DNA of 64,000 bases from an uncultured Massilia sp. (GTDB lineage Bacteria > Pseudomonadota > Gammaproteobacteria > Burkholderiales > Burkholderiaceae_D): NCBI RefSeq assembly GCF_913773735.1, contig NZ_CAJYEB010000010.1, forward strand, positions 237,894 to 301,893, read 5' to 3'. The notes under the pieces were generated by a model. That model had not been told where the DNA came from. It was given only the letters and a program-made list of their open reading frames with translations, and did not search any database. Shown here one piece after another: positions 18,532-28,555 of this stretch (the stretch's first letter is position 1; every line of letters starts with the position of its first letter). Both the position numbers and the translations under genes were made by a program.

Positions 18532-20732
18532 AGGGCATCGCGGCGGCGCTGCTGGCGGCGTGCGTGTCGGTCGCGGCGGGCGCCGCGGTGCCGACGCCGC
18601 AGGAGGTGAGGGCGGCCTGGCGCGCGTCCGACGCGCGCCTGCTCGACCGCCACGGCGTGCTGCTGGACACGGTGCGCATCGACATGGCGGCGCGGCGCCA
18701 GGCCTGGGTGGCGCTGGACGACATCTCGCCGGCGCTGGGCCGCGCCGTGCTGCAGGCCGAGGACCAGCGCTTCATGGAGCACGGCGGCATCGACCTGCGC
18801 GCGGCCGGCAAGGCCGCCTGGGACAACCTGTTCGACCGGGCCGGCCGCGAACGCGTGCGCGGCGCCTCGACCATCACCATGCAGCTGGCCGGCATGCTCG
18901 ACCCGAAGCTGGCGCCCCGTTCGGCCGGCCGCAGCTGGGGCGCCAAGTGGGACCAGGCGCTGGCCGCGCGCGAACTGGAAGCCGGCTGGACCAAGCGCCA
19001 GATCCTCGAGGCCTACCTGAACCTGGCCAGCTTCCGCGGCGAGCTGCAGGGCATCGGCGCGGGATCGCGCGGCCTGTTCGGCAAGGCGCCGTCCGGGCTG
19101 GACGCGGGCGAGGCGGCGATCCTGGCCAGCCTGCTGCGCGCGCCCGGCGCCCCGGGCGCGCAACTGGCGCGCCGCGCCTGCGCGCTGGCGCGCGAGATCG
19201 ACGCGCGCGCCGACTGCGCCGCGATCGAATGGCAGACGCTGGCGGCGCTGGCGCGCAGCAATCCGCCGGCCGCGGTGGCGCCGCTGGCGCGCCGCCTGGC
19301 CCGCGAGGCCGGCGCGGCCGTGCGCACCACGCTGGACGCCGACGTGCAGCGGGTGGCGGCCGGCGCGCTGCGGCGCCACCTGGCCCAGCTGGCCGGGCGC
19401 AACGTCGGCGATGGCGCCGTGGTCGTGCTGGACAATGCCAGCGGCGAGATCCTGGCGTACGTGGCGAATGCCGGCGCCGGCGAAGTGGACGGCGCGACGG
19501 CGCTGCGCCAGGCCGGCTCCACCCTGAAGCCCTTCCTGTACGAGCTGGCGCTGGAACGCGGCCAGCTGACCGCCGCCTCGTTGCTGGACGACACGCCGGT
19601 CGGCATCCCCGTCGCGGGCGGCCTGTACGTGCCGCAGAACTACGACCACCAGTACCGCGACGCCGCCAGCGTGCGCACCAGCCTGGCCGGCTCGCTCAAC
19701 GTCCCGGCCGTGCGCACGCTGGTGCTGGTGGGGCAGGAGCGCTTTCACGAGCGCCTGCGCCTGCTGGGCATCTCCAGCCTGACCGAGGCGCCGGAATTCT
19801 ACGGCTGGTCGCTGGCGCTGGGGTCGGGCGACGTCAGCCTGCTGGAACTGGCCAATGCCTACCGCACGCTGGCCAACGGCGGCCTGCAGGGCCCCGTCAC
19901 GGTGGCGCCCGGCGGCGCGGCGCGCGCTGCGGTGGGCACCACCCGCGTGCTCGACGCGCGCGCCAGCTTCATCGTGTCCGACATCCTGTCCGACCGCGCC
20001 GCGCGCAGCGTGACCTTCGGCCTGCGCAACGAGCTGGCCACCGGCTACTGGAGCGCGGTCAAGACCGGCACCAGCAAGGACATGCGCGACAACTGGTGCC
20101 TGGGCTATTCGGACCGCTACACGGTCGGCGTCTGGGTCGGCAATTTCGACGGCCGCTCGATGTGGGACGTGTCCGGCGTCGCGGGCGCGGCGCCGGTATG
20201 GCGCGACGTGATGGACTGGCTGCACCGCGACCGCCCGGGCCGCGCGCCCGCGCCGCCGCCAGGCGTGGTGCGCCAGGAGGTGGCGTACGCGCCCGCCGTC
20301 GAGCCGCGCCGCGCCGAATGGTTCGTGCGCGGCACCGAAACGGCCGTCGTCGAGATGCTGGAGGCGGCGCGGCGCACGCCGAAGATCGTCTACCCGGCCG
20401 ACGGCAGCCTGGTCGCGCTCGACCCGGACATCCCGGCGCCGCTGCAGCGCCTGCGCTTCCGTGCCCAGGCCGGCAAGGGACTGCAGTGGGAACTCGACGG
20501 CCAGGCGTACGGCCCGGCCGATGGCGACGCCGGCTGGCAGCCGGTGCCCGGCCGCCACGAACTGAAGCTGGTGGATGCCGGCGGGCGGGTGCTGTCCGCC
20601 GCCGGCTTCGAGGTGCGCGGCGCGCAGCCCGCGCCTCAGGCGCCGGCGGTGTCGACGCGCTCGACCAGCACCGGCGGCTCGTCCGGCGAAGCGTCCGGCG
20701 GCGGCACGAACAGCGGCGAATCGGAGCGGTAG
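18528..20732 (+). CDS. pbpC: Penicillin-binding protein 1C
   Basis: GTG overlaps the A2M stop. Glycosyltransferase motifs EDQRF and GASTITMQLA; transpeptidase motifs STLK, SLN, KTGTS. Confidence 0.92.
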   Translation: MKGIAAALLAACVSVAAGAAVPTPQEVRAAWRASDARLLDRHGVLLDTVRIDMAARRQAWVALDDISPALGRAVLQAEDQRFMEHGGIDLRAAGKAAWDNLFDRAGRERVRGASTITMQLAGMLDPKLAPRSAGRSWGAKWDQALAARELEAGWTKRQILEAYLNLASFRGELQGIGAGSRGLFGKAPSGLDAGEAAILASLLRAPGAPGAQLARRACALAREIDARADCAAIEWQTLAALARSNPPAAVAPLARRLAREAGAAVRTTLDADVQRVAAGALRRHLAQLAGRNVGDGAVVVLDNASGEILAYVANAGAGEVDGATALRQAGSTLKPFLYELALERGQLTAASLLDDTPVGIPVAGGLYVPQNYDHQYRDAASVRTSLAGSLNVPAVRTLVLVGQERFHERLRLLGISSLTEAPEFYGWSLALGSGDVSLLELANAYRTLANGGLQGPVTVAPGGAARAAVGTTRVLDARASFIVSDILSDRAARSVTFGLRNELATGYWSAVKTGTSKDMRDNWCLGYSDRYTVGVWVGNFDGRSMWDVSGVAGAAPVWRDVMDWLHRDRPGRAPAPPPGVVRQEVAYAPAVEPRRAEWFVRGTETAVVEMLEAARRTPKIVYPADGSLVALDPDIPAPLQRLRFRAQAGKGLQWELDGQAYGPADGDAGWQPVPGRHELKLVDAGGRVLSAAGFEVRGAQPAPQAPAVSTRSTSTGGSSGEASGGGTNSGESER

Positions 20733-21661
20733 GGCACGCGCCCGGCCGGCACGTGGATGGCGGCCGGATCGAGGTGCAGGTCCTGGTCGTCGAAGAACAG
20801 GTGGGCGCGGAAGGCCTTGACCACCTTCGACTTGGGCACGCCGCCCAGGAAGAAGATCTCGTTCACGTACACGCCCCAGTGGCGCAAGGTGTTAATTACC
20901 CGCATCTCGGCCGGCGCGCTGCGCGCGGTGACGATGGCGATGCGCAGCGGCGAGGCGTCCGCGCCGAACGGCAGCCGCTCCTGCAGGCGCGCCAGCTTGC
21001 GCAGCAGGATCGCGTAGGGGCCGTCGTTCATCGGTTCGTTGCGCTTCTCGTCCTCGACGGTGTGGAAGCGGTCCAGTCCCTCGGTCTTGTAGACCAGTTC
21101 GCTGGCATCGTCGAACAGCACGGCGTCGCCGTCGAAGGCGATGCGCACCTGGTCTTCCGGCGGCGCCTCGGCCGCGTGCGGCGGCGGCTTGAGCACCGCC
21201 GCGGCGCAGGCCTGGGCGTCGATCACGCGCTGGGCGTCGTCGACGTTGGTGGTCAGGAACAGGTCGACGGCGAAGGCGTCGAGGTAGTCGACCACCGACT
21301 CGCCGCCGGTGAAGGCATGGCGCGCGATCGGCAGCCCGCGCGAGCGGATGTTGTTGAACACGCGCATGCCGGTCTCCGGGCTGTTGCGCGACATGACGAC
21401 CACCTCGACCAGCGGCTTGCCGTCCGCCCCCGCGTGGCGGTTCAGGCCGAGCAGGGCGCGCACCAGCGCCATGCCGGTGCCGTCGCGCAGCGGCTCGTTC
21501 TCGCGCTCGAGCATGTAGGCGCGGTATTCGTCCAGCCCGCTGCGCGGATTGCGGGCATGCCTGGCCTTGCCGGTCTTGTAGACGGCGTCGGCCTCGGCCA
21601 GGTCGAACAGGGCGGTGGCGGAAATGCCGACCACGAGGGTATCGGAGGGATCGAAGGGCAT
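20636..21661 (-). CDS. 5'-nucleotidase (PF06189-type)
   Basis: LVVGISATALFDL, VVVMSRNSP, RIAFDGDAVLF and HLFFDDQ motifs. Confidence 0.88.
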   Translation of the reverse strand: MPFDPSDTLVVGISATALFDLAEADAVYKTGKARHARNPRSGLDEYRAYMLERENEPLRDGTGMALVRALLGLNRHAGADGKPLVEVVVMSRNSPETGMRVFNNIRSRGLPIARHAFTGGESVVDYLDAFAVDLFLTTNVDDAQRVIDAQACAAAVLKPPPHAAEAPPEDQVRIAFDGDAVLFDDASELVYKTEGLDRFHTVEDEKRNEPMNDGPYAILLRKLARLQERLPFGADASPLRIAIVTARSAPAEMRVINTLRHWGVYVNEIFFLGGVPKSKVVKAFRAHLFFDDQDLHLDPAAIHVPAGRVPYRSDSPLFVPPPDASPDEPPVLVERVDTAGA

Positions 21662-21824
21662 GGCGGTCCGGAGCGGTTGGTTGGGGGCGTCACGGCCGAG
21701 TTTACCGGACGCACGGCCAGCCTAGCGTATTCCTTTTAGGAAAACTCCGTACGGGCAAGCGACGCGGCGTTTGAGCCCGAGCAAGACGTATCGCCGCGGG
21801 GGCGTGGTTTTGCGGATTTTTCTT

Positions 21825-21843
21825 GATAATGATTCTCATTTAC
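21825..21843 (+). promoter_or_regulatory. Fur box overlapping a sigma70 -35
   Basis: GATAATGATTCTCATTTAC matches GATAATGATAATCATTATC at 15/19. -35 TTTACA (21839-44), 17-bp spacer, -10 TACAGT (21862-67). Confidence 0.78.
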
Positions 21844-21897
21844 AAAGCGCGAACGATGCGCTACAGTGGTTGTTCCGACAGCCACCCGATCCCTGCC

Positions 21898-22149
21898 ATG
21901 ACCATTTCCGATTCCGCCTGCCGCTGCATCGTCCTGGCCGCCACCGGCGCCGGCAAGGTGACCACCTGCGCCGCGTGCGGCACGGTCCACGTCGCGATGG
22001 CGCAGATGTCCCTGCGCCTGACGCGCGCGACGTTCCAGGACCTGGCCGCGCTGGTGGGGCCCGCCGCGCTGGCCGTGGCCAGCGACGGCGCCATCGTGTC
22101 ACACCGTGACGACCACGCCGGGCGCCTCCCGGACCGCGCGCTGCACTGA
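21898..22149 (+). CDS. Small CxxC-containing hypothetical protein (83 aa)
   Basis: MTISDSACRC...TTCAACGTVHVAMAQMSLRL. Lies directly downstream of the promoter, and its stop overlaps the GAGGAG RBS of the next gene. Confidence 0.65.
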   Translation: MTISDSACRCIVLAATGAGKVTTCAACGTVHVAMAQMSLRLTRATFQDLAALVGPAALAVASDGAIVSHRDDHAGRLPDRALH

Positions 22150-22159
22150 GGAGCCGACC

Positions 22160-23353
22160 ATGTGCGACCACGCCCGTTCTCCCTCCGCCCGCCACGACGA
22201 CGCCTGCGGCTCGCGCCGCCGCCGCCTGTGGGAACTGCCGACCAACTGCCACTGCCCGATCATCGGCGTGTGCCTGCCGCTGGCGCTGCTGCGCAAGCTG
22301 GTGGGCAAGGCCGCGGCGACGCCGGTGCAGGGCGACGACTACGACCTGCACGTCTGGTCCGTGCACGAATGCGGCAACCGCAGCCGCATGGCCGACCTGC
22401 TGCAGCGCACGCTGGACGAGCGCTTCGCCGGCGTGATCCGCCAGTTCAAGGGCGCGCGCGACGGCGACGCGCTGCTGGCGCTGTGGCGCCGCGCGATGGA
22501 CAGCGGCGACACGGCCGGCGCCTTCTGGGCCGCGCTCAGCCACCCGCGCTGCGACGCCTGGATGACCGAGTCGATCGTGCGCGACATGCACATGATCCAG
22601 CACCAGGCCGGCGCCAGCGTGCGCGTCGACATCGGCCGCTTCGCCGAGCTGCAGCGCCAGAACGCGCTGCTGGCGGCGGAACTCGAGCAGACCCGCGACA
22701 AGGCCGCGCGCGCCGCCGAGGCGCGCGCGAAGGACGCCGCGCGCACGACCGAGCAGGCGGCGCAGCTGCGCGCCGAACTGGCCCAGCGCGACACCGCGAT
22801 CGAGGCGCTGCGGCGCCAGCGCGACGCGCTGGAAGCCGCGCTGCCCGACATGCGCGACCGCGAGCGCCTGCTGCGCCGGGTCGAGGAACTGGAAGCGCGC
22901 GAACGGGCGCTGGCCGACAGGCTGGCGCAGCTGCGCCAGCGCGCGGCGCGCGCACGCCAGGAAGCGGCGGCCCACCCGCCGCCGCCGCCCGCACCGGCGG
23001 CGCCGCGCACCCCCGTGGTGGTGCCGATCGCGCTGGCCGACAAGACGGTGCTGTGCGTGGGCGGGCGCAGCGCCAACGTGCCGAACTACCGCGAACTGCT
23101 GGAAAAGGAGGGCGCCCGCTTCATGCACCACGACGGCGGCATCGAGCAGGCCAGCGAACTGCTGGACACGAGCCTGGCCGCGGCCGACCTGGTGATCTGC
23201 CAGACCGGCTGCATCAGCCACCAGGCCTACTGGCGCGTGAAGGACTTCTGCAAGCGCACCGGCAAGCGCTGCCTGTTCGTCGACAACCCGAGCACGTCGA
23301 GCCTCTCGTCCTGCCTGCGCAAGGTGGCCGAGGCGGCGCCGGCGCTGGACTGA
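22160..23353 (+). CDS. DUF2325-domain protein with Cys/His-rich N-terminus and coiled coil
   Basis: N-terminal RRRLWEL..CHCPIIGVC; C-terminal VLCVGGR...DLVICQTGCISHQAYWRVKDFCKRTGKRC, typical of DUF2325. Confidence 0.82.
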   Translation: MCDHARSPSARHDDACGSRRRRLWELPTNCHCPIIGVCLPLALLRKLVGKAAATPVQGDDYDLHVWSVHECGNRSRMADLLQRTLDERFAGVIRQFKGARDGDALLALWRRAMDSGDTAGAFWAALSHPRCDAWMTESIVRDMHMIQHQAGASVRVDIGRFAELQRQNALLAAELEQTRDKAARAAEARAKDAARTTEQAAQLRAELAQRDTAIEALRRQRDALEAALPDMRDRERLLRRVEELEARERALADRLAQLRQRAARARQEAAAHPPPPPAPAAPRTPVVVPIALADKTVLCVGGRSANVPNYRELLEKEGARFMHHDGGIEQASELLDTSLAAADLVICQTGCISHQAYWRVKDFCKRTGKRCLFVDNPSTSSLSSCLRKVAEAAPALD

Positions 23354-23369
23354 ACGGGGCCGGCGCCGT

Positions 23370-24272
23370 TCACGTCCCGGCGCCGAAATACGCGGTGGCC
23401 GCGTCCACGAACGCCTCGCGCAGGCGCGAGCGGTCGTCGCGCCGCCACGCCAGCGCGATCTCCAGTTCCAGGTGTTCCATGCGGTCCTCGAGCTCCCGGT
23501 AGATCACGCCGGGGTGCGCGATGTTGACGATCTGCGACGGCAGCAGCGCGATGCCCACGCCCGCCGCGATCAGGCTCACCATCGTCGGCATCTGCCAGGC
23601 GCTCATGCCCAGGCGCGGGCTGAAGCCCGCGGCCTGGCAGGCCATCAGGGTCTTGGCGTGCAGGCTGAACACGCGGTCGGCGGGGAACATCATGAAGGTC
23701 TCGCCGGCCAGGCTGGCCAGCGGAATCGCCGGCAGGGCCGCGAGCGGATGCGCGCGCGGCAGCACGGCGATCATCCGCTCGCGCTTGATCACGCGCATTT
23801 CCAGGTCGTTGGCGCCGCCCAGCGGCAGGCGCACGATGCCCAGGTCGATCCGGCGCGCCTTCAGGTCCTCGATCTGTTCGACCGACGTCGCCTCGCGCAG
23901 GTCGAACGCCACGTCCGCATGGTGCTTGCGGAACTGCGTCAGCAGTTCCGGCAGCAGCCCGTAGCTGACCGATCCCACGAATCCCAGCACGATCGTTCCC
24001 ATCAGCCCCGCCGCGGCCTGGCGCGTGTGCGCGACCGCCTGCGCCTGCTGGTCTTCCAGGCGCCGGGCCTCCTTGAGGAACACGCGGCCGGCGTCGGTCA
24101 GGGCGATGGTCCGGTTCGCGCGGTCGAACAGCGCCACGCCGATGTGCTCTTCCAGCCGCTGGATCGCCTGGCTCAACGGCGGCTGCGACATGTGCAGGCG
24201 CAGCGCCGCGCGGCCGAAGTGCAGTTCCTCGGCGACGGCGATGAATTGCGCGAGCAGGCGGGACGAGATCAT
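23370..24272 (-). CDS. LysR-family transcriptional regulator
   Basis: FIAVAEELHFGRAALRLHMSQPPLSQAIQRLE helix-turn-helix; divergent from the TRAP operon. Confidence 0.95.
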   Translation of the reverse strand: MISSRLLAQFIAVAEELHFGRAALRLHMSQPPLSQAIQRLEEHIGVALFDRANRTIALTDAGRVFLKEARRLEDQQAQAVAHTRQAAAGLMGTIVLGFVGSVSYGLLPELLTQFRKHHADVAFDLREATSVEQIEDLKARRIDLGIVRLPLGGANDLEMRVIKRERMIAVLPRAHPLAALPAIPLASLAGETFMMFPADRVFSLHAKTLMACQAAGFSPRLGMSAWQMPTMVSLIAAGVGIALLPSQIVNIAHPGVIYRELEDRMEHLELEIALAWRRDDRSRLREAFVDAATAYFGAGT

Positions 24273-24274
24273 TG

Positions 24275-24290
24275 ATATGATATTTCATAT
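24275..24290. promoter_or_regulatory. Inverted repeat in the AT-rich divergent promoter (candidate LysR site)
   Basis: ATATGA-TATT-TCATAT next to the LysR start. Confidence 0.4.
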
Positions 24291-24380
24291 GAAAAACAAC
24301 ATAAATCATATTGTCCCATATATCGCTTACTCTCTAGAATTTACCTTACAAAAGTTTCATAAAATTATTAAGGAGATACC

Positions 24381-24923
24381 ATGCAAATGCTTGAGCGCTG
24401 GCTCCAGCGCATCGAGGCCGTGTGCCAATGGATTGCCGGGCTGCTGATCCTGGCCATCATGCTGATCGTGTTCGCGGACGTGATCGGCCGCTACCTCTTC
24501 AACAGCCCGCTGCGCTGGGCCTACGACCTGATCAACCTGTACCTGATGGCGGGCCTGTTCTTCCTGTCGCTGTCGTTCGCCCATGCGGCGCAGGCGCACG
24601 TCGGCGTGGACATCGTCGTGCAGAAGCTGTCCGACACGGGCCGCCGCTACGCCGAATGCCTGGCCTGCCTGGTCGCGCTGCCGCTGTTCGGCCTGATCTG
24701 CCGCGCCGGCGCCGGCCGCGCCTGGACCAACTGGGAAAACGGCGACGCCATGTCGGGCCTGATCGCCTGGCCGACCTGGGTCGGCGCCGCGCTGATGGCG
24801 CTGGGCAGCGGCGTGCTGGTGCTGCGCCTGGCGCTGCGCCTGGTGGGCAACCTCGCCAGCCTGGCGACCGGCACCGACGTCGTCGCGCCGCCGGCGGCGC
24901 ACGGCCACGCCGGGGGGGAGTGA
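24381..24923 (+). CDS. dctQ: TRAP transporter small permease
   Basis: Four TM segments, DVIGRYLFNSPL and HVGVDIV motifs, AAGGAG RBS. Confidence 0.9.
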   Translation: MQMLERWLQRIEAVCQWIAGLLILAIMLIVFADVIGRYLFNSPLRWAYDLINLYLMAGLFFLSLSFAHAAQAHVGVDIVVQKLSDTGRRYAECLACLVALPLFGLICRAGAGRAWTNWENGDAMSGLIAWPTWVGAALMALGSGVLVLRLALRLVGNLASLATGTDVVAPPAAHGHAGGE

Positions 24924-24925
24924 GC

Positions 24926-26212
24926 ATGACGTCCGCACTCGTTCTCGTCCTGATGTTCGTGCTGCTGGCGCTCGGCGTGCCGGTCGGCTTCACGATGGCC
25001 GCCGCCGGCGCCATCGGCCTGTTCGCGCTGGGCGGCCTCGACATGCTGCTGGGCGTGCTGCAGACGGCGCCGCTGTCCACCGTCAGCGCCTACGAGCTGG
25101 TGACGGTGCCGATGTTCCTGCTGATGGCGGAATTCGTCATGGCCAGCGGCATCGCCGACGACCTGTTCCGCGCCGCCGCGGCCTGGATCGGCCACATCCG
25201 CGGGGGCCTGGGCATGGCGACGGCGCTGACCGGCGCCGGCTTCGGCGCCATGTGCGGCACCAGCACGGCGTCCGCGGCGGCGTTGTCCGCCACCAGCCTG
25301 CCGGCGATGCTCAAGCAGGGCTACGAGCCGAAGATGGCGGCCGGCGTGGTCGCCATCTCGGGCACGCTGTCGATGCTGATCCCGCCGGCGGTGGCGCTGG
25401 TGATCTTCGGCCTGCTGGCCGAGGTGAACATCGGCAAGCTGCTGGTGGCGGGCCTGATCCCGGCCTTCCTGGTCATGCTGACCATCATGGCGACGGTGTA
25501 CCTGCTGGCCGTGTTCGACCCGCAATCGGCGCCGGCCAGCGCCCGCGTGGGCCTGCGCGAACGCTTCCATCGCCTGCGCGTGATCTGGCCGATGCTGGCG
25601 CTGATGCTGGTGGTGACCGGCGTGATCTACACCGGCGTGGCCACGCCCACCGAGGCCTCGGCGATCGGCGCGTTCGGCGCCTTCCTGCTCAGCGTCTGGA
25701 AGCGCGGCTTCAAGCCGGCCGTGATCCGCCAGGCCGCGCTGCGCGCCGCCGTCAGCTCCTGCATGATCGCCACCATCATCATGGGCGCACAGATCTTCGG
25801 CTACTTCTTCGCCATGACCCACGTCACCCAGGACATCGTGCTGTGGGTCGGCGCCCTGGACACCTCGCGCTGGGTGATCATCGTCTGCATCCTGCTGATG
25901 TACATCGTGCTGGGCGCCTTCATGGACCAGATCGCGATCCTGGTGCTGACCGTGCCCGTCGTCATCCCGGTCATCGTCTCGCTCGGCTTCGACCCGATCT
26001 GGTTCGGCGTCGTCAAGATCGTCACGGCCGAAGTGGGGATGATCACGCCGCCGGTGGGCCTGAACTGCTTCATCGTCGCGCGCTACGCCAACCGGCCGAT
26101 CGGCGAAGTCTTCCAGGGCATCTGGCCGCACTTCGGCGCCCACATCCTGATCATCGCGGTGTTCCTGCTCTTCCCGCAACTGACGCTGTGGCTGCCCTCG
26201 CTGATGAAATGA
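24926..26212 (+). CDS. dctM: TRAP transporter large permease
   Basis: VPMFLLM, GTLSMLIPP, GVATPTEAS and GMITPPVGLN motifs. Confidence 0.92.
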   Translation: MTSALVLVLMFVLLALGVPVGFTMAAAGAIGLFALGGLDMLLGVLQTAPLSTVSAYELVTVPMFLLMAEFVMASGIADDLFRAAAAWIGHIRGGLGMATALTGAGFGAMCGTSTASAAALSATSLPAMLKQGYEPKMAAGVVAISGTLSMLIPPAVALVIFGLLAEVNIGKLLVAGLIPAFLVMLTIMATVYLLAVFDPQSAPASARVGLRERFHRLRVIWPMLALMLVVTGVIYTGVATPTEASAIGAFGAFLLSVWKRGFKPAVIRQAALRAAVSSCMIATIIMGAQIFGYFFAMTHVTQDIVLWVGALDTSRWVIIVCILLMYIVLGAFMDQIAILVLTVPVVIPVIVSLGFDPIWFGVVKIVTAEVGMITPPVGLNCFIVARYANRPIGEVFQGIWPHFGAHILIIAVFLLFPQLTLWLPSLMK

Positions 26213-26244
26213 CACCGACAACGATACGCTACCAGGAGACCGAC

Positions 26245-27303
26245 ATGCATCCTCGACACACCACCATCGCCGCGCGCCGCAGGGGCGCCATGCTCGCCGC
26301 CGCCACCGTCGCCGCCATGATGGCGGCCGCGCCGGCCATGGCGCAGGACGTCACGCTGCGCGTGGCCGACAGCCTGCCCAGCGGCCACATCATCCACCAG
26401 ATCGCCACCAAGCCCTTCCTGGACGCGGTGGCGCGCATGTCGCAGGGGAGAATCAAGCTGCAGCACTTCCCGGGAGAGCAGCTGGGCAAGGCCAAGGACC
26501 TCCTGATGCTGACGCAGGCGGGCGTGGCCGACATCGGCTACATCGGCCCGTCCTACCAGTCGGACAAGATGCCGCTGTCGTCCGCGCTGGAGCTGCCGGG
26601 CATGATCGCCGACGACTGCCAGGGCGCGCGCGCGCTGTGGGCGCTGACGCACGACGGCGGCTACCTGGAGAAGAACGAGTTCGCGCCGAACCGCGTCGTG
26701 CCGCTGCTGACGATGGTCCTGCCGCCGTACCAGATCCTGCTGGCCAGCGGCAAGAAGGTCGCCACGCTGAAGGACCTGTCCGGCCTGAAGGTGCGCTCGG
26801 CCGGCGGCGCGATGGACTTCATGGTCAAGAGCCTGGACATGGTCCCGGTGCGCATGACGCCGCCCGAAGTCTACGAAAGCCTGAGCCGCGGCACCGTCGA
26901 CGGCGCCATCTTCCCGTACCAGAGCGCGAACTCCTACGGCTTCGCCAACAAGATCAAGACCGGCACCTACAAGGAAAACTTCGGCACCGTGGTGCTGACC
27001 TATTCGATCGGCGCGATGAAGTGGCAGCAGCTGCCGCAGGCGACGCGCGCGATCCTCATGAAGGCCGGCCAGGAAGTCTCGCTGTCGGCCTGCACCCGCT
27101 TCAAGACGGCCGAGAGCGAGGCGTTCAAGAAGACCACGGCCCTGGGCATGAAACCGCTGGAACTGGGCGCCGCCGACGACCAGGCCTTGTCCGCCATCTT
27201 CGCGCGCGTCGCGACCGACTGGGCCGCGAGCCTGGACCGCCGCGGCAAGCCGGGCACGCCGACGCTGAACGCGGTGCGCCAGGCCCTGTCCAGCGCCAAA
27301 TGA
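26245..27303 (+). CDS. dctP: TRAP substrate-binding protein
   Basis: Signal peptide ending AMA-QD; DLSGLKVR and EVYESLSRGTVDG motifs. Confidence 0.9.
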   Translation: MHPRHTTIAARRRGAMLAAATVAAMMAAAPAMAQDVTLRVADSLPSGHIIHQIATKPFLDAVARMSQGRIKLQHFPGEQLGKAKDLLMLTQAGVADIGYIGPSYQSDKMPLSSALELPGMIADDCQGARALWALTHDGGYLEKNEFAPNRVVPLLTMVLPPYQILLASGKKVATLKDLSGLKVRSAGGAMDFMVKSLDMVPVRMTPPEVYESLSRGTVDGAIFPYQSANSYGFANKIKTGTYKENFGTVVLTYSIGAMKWQQLPQATRAILMKAGQEVSLSACTRFKTAESEAFKKTTALGMKPLELGAADDQALSAIFARVATDWAASLDRRGKPGTPTLNAVRQALSSAK

Positions 27304-27322
27304 CGAGGACCATGCAAGCATC

Positions 27323-28555
27323 ATGAGCGCCAACACTTCTTCCGGGCCGCTGGCCGGCGTGCGCATCGTCGATCTGACGACCGTGCTGATGGGGCCCTAC
27401 GCCACCCAGATCCTGGGCGACATGGGCGCCGACGTCATCAAGGTGGAGTCGCCCGGCGGCGACGCCTTCCGCTACGCCGGGCCGGCACGCCACAAGGGCA
27501 TGGGCGCGCTGTTCCTGCACGTGAACCGCAACAAGCGCAGCGTGGTGCTCGACCTCAAGACCGCGCCGGGACGCGCCGCGCTCCTGCGCCTGTGCGCCAC
27601 GGCCGACGTCGTCGCCTACAACGTGCGGCCGCAGGCGATGGAGCGGCTCGGCCTCGGCTACGCGGACGTGCGCGCGGTCAACCCGAACATCATCTATGCC
27701 GGCATGTTCGGCTTCGGGCGCGACGGCGCCTATGCGAAGGACCCGGCCTACGACGACCTGATCCAGGGCCTGTCGGGCTTCCCCGCCATGCTCGGCCGCT
27801 CGACCGGCAATGCGCCGGCCTACGTGCCCGCCAACATCTGCGACCGCACGGTGGGCCTGTACGCGGTGGGCGTCATCAGCGCCGCCCTGTACCACCGCGA
27901 GCGCAGCGGGCAGGGGCAGGAGATCGACATCCCGATGTTCGAGACCATGGCCCAGTTCATGGCGGGCGACAACCTGTACGGCGAGACCTTCGTGCCCGCC
28001 ATCGGCGGCACCGGCTATGCGCGCCTGATGGCGCCGGAGCGCCGGCCGTTCGCCACCAGCGACGGTTACCTGTGCGTGCTGCCCTACACGGACCGCCAGT
28101 GGCAGGCGTTCTTCGCGCTGGCGGGCCTCGGCGGCGAGCTGGCCGCCGATCCGCGCTTCGCCACGATGGCGGGCCGCACCGCCCACATCGGCGAGTTGTA
28201 CGGGATCGTCGCGCGCGCGCTCGCCGGCGGCACCACCGCCGACTGGCTGGCGCGCCTGAAGGCGGCCGACATCCCCGTCGCGCGCATGCACACGATCGAA
28301 TCGCTGCTGGAAGACGAGCACCTGGCGGCCAACGATTTCTTCAAGCAGGTGGAGCATCCCAGCGAAGGGACGATCCGCATGATGGACATCCCGAGCCGCT
28401 GGTCGGGCACGGCGCCCGACGTGCGCCGCCTGGCGCCGCAGCTGGGCGAGCACAGCGCCGAGGTGCTGGCCGAAGCCGGCTACAGCGCGGACGAGATCGG
28501 CCGCTTGTTCGACCAGCGCATCTCGGCGCCGCCGGCCGTGGCGAGGGCCGCATGA
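27323..28555 (+). CDS. Family III CoA-transferase (CaiB/BaiF)
   Basis: GPLAGVRIVDLT, LGDMGADVIKVESP, NRNKRS and APQLGEHS motifs. Confidence 0.93.
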   Translation: MSANTSSGPLAGVRIVDLTTVLMGPYATQILGDMGADVIKVESPGGDAFRYAGPARHKGMGALFLHVNRNKRSVVLDLKTAPGRAALLRLCATADVVAYNVRPQAMERLGLGYADVRAVNPNIIYAGMFGFGRDGAYAKDPAYDDLIQGLSGFPAMLGRSTGNAPAYVPANICDRTVGLYAVGVISAALYHRERSGQGQEIDIPMFETMAQFMAGDNLYGETFVPAIGGTGYARLMAPERRPFATSDGYLCVLPYTDRQWQAFFALAGLGGELAADPRFATMAGRTAHIGELYGIVARALAGGTTADWLARLKAADIPVARMHTIESLLEDEHLAANDFFKQVEHPSEGTIRMMDIPSRWSGTAPDVRRLAPQLGEHSAEVLAEAGYSADEIGRLFDQRISAPPAVARAA

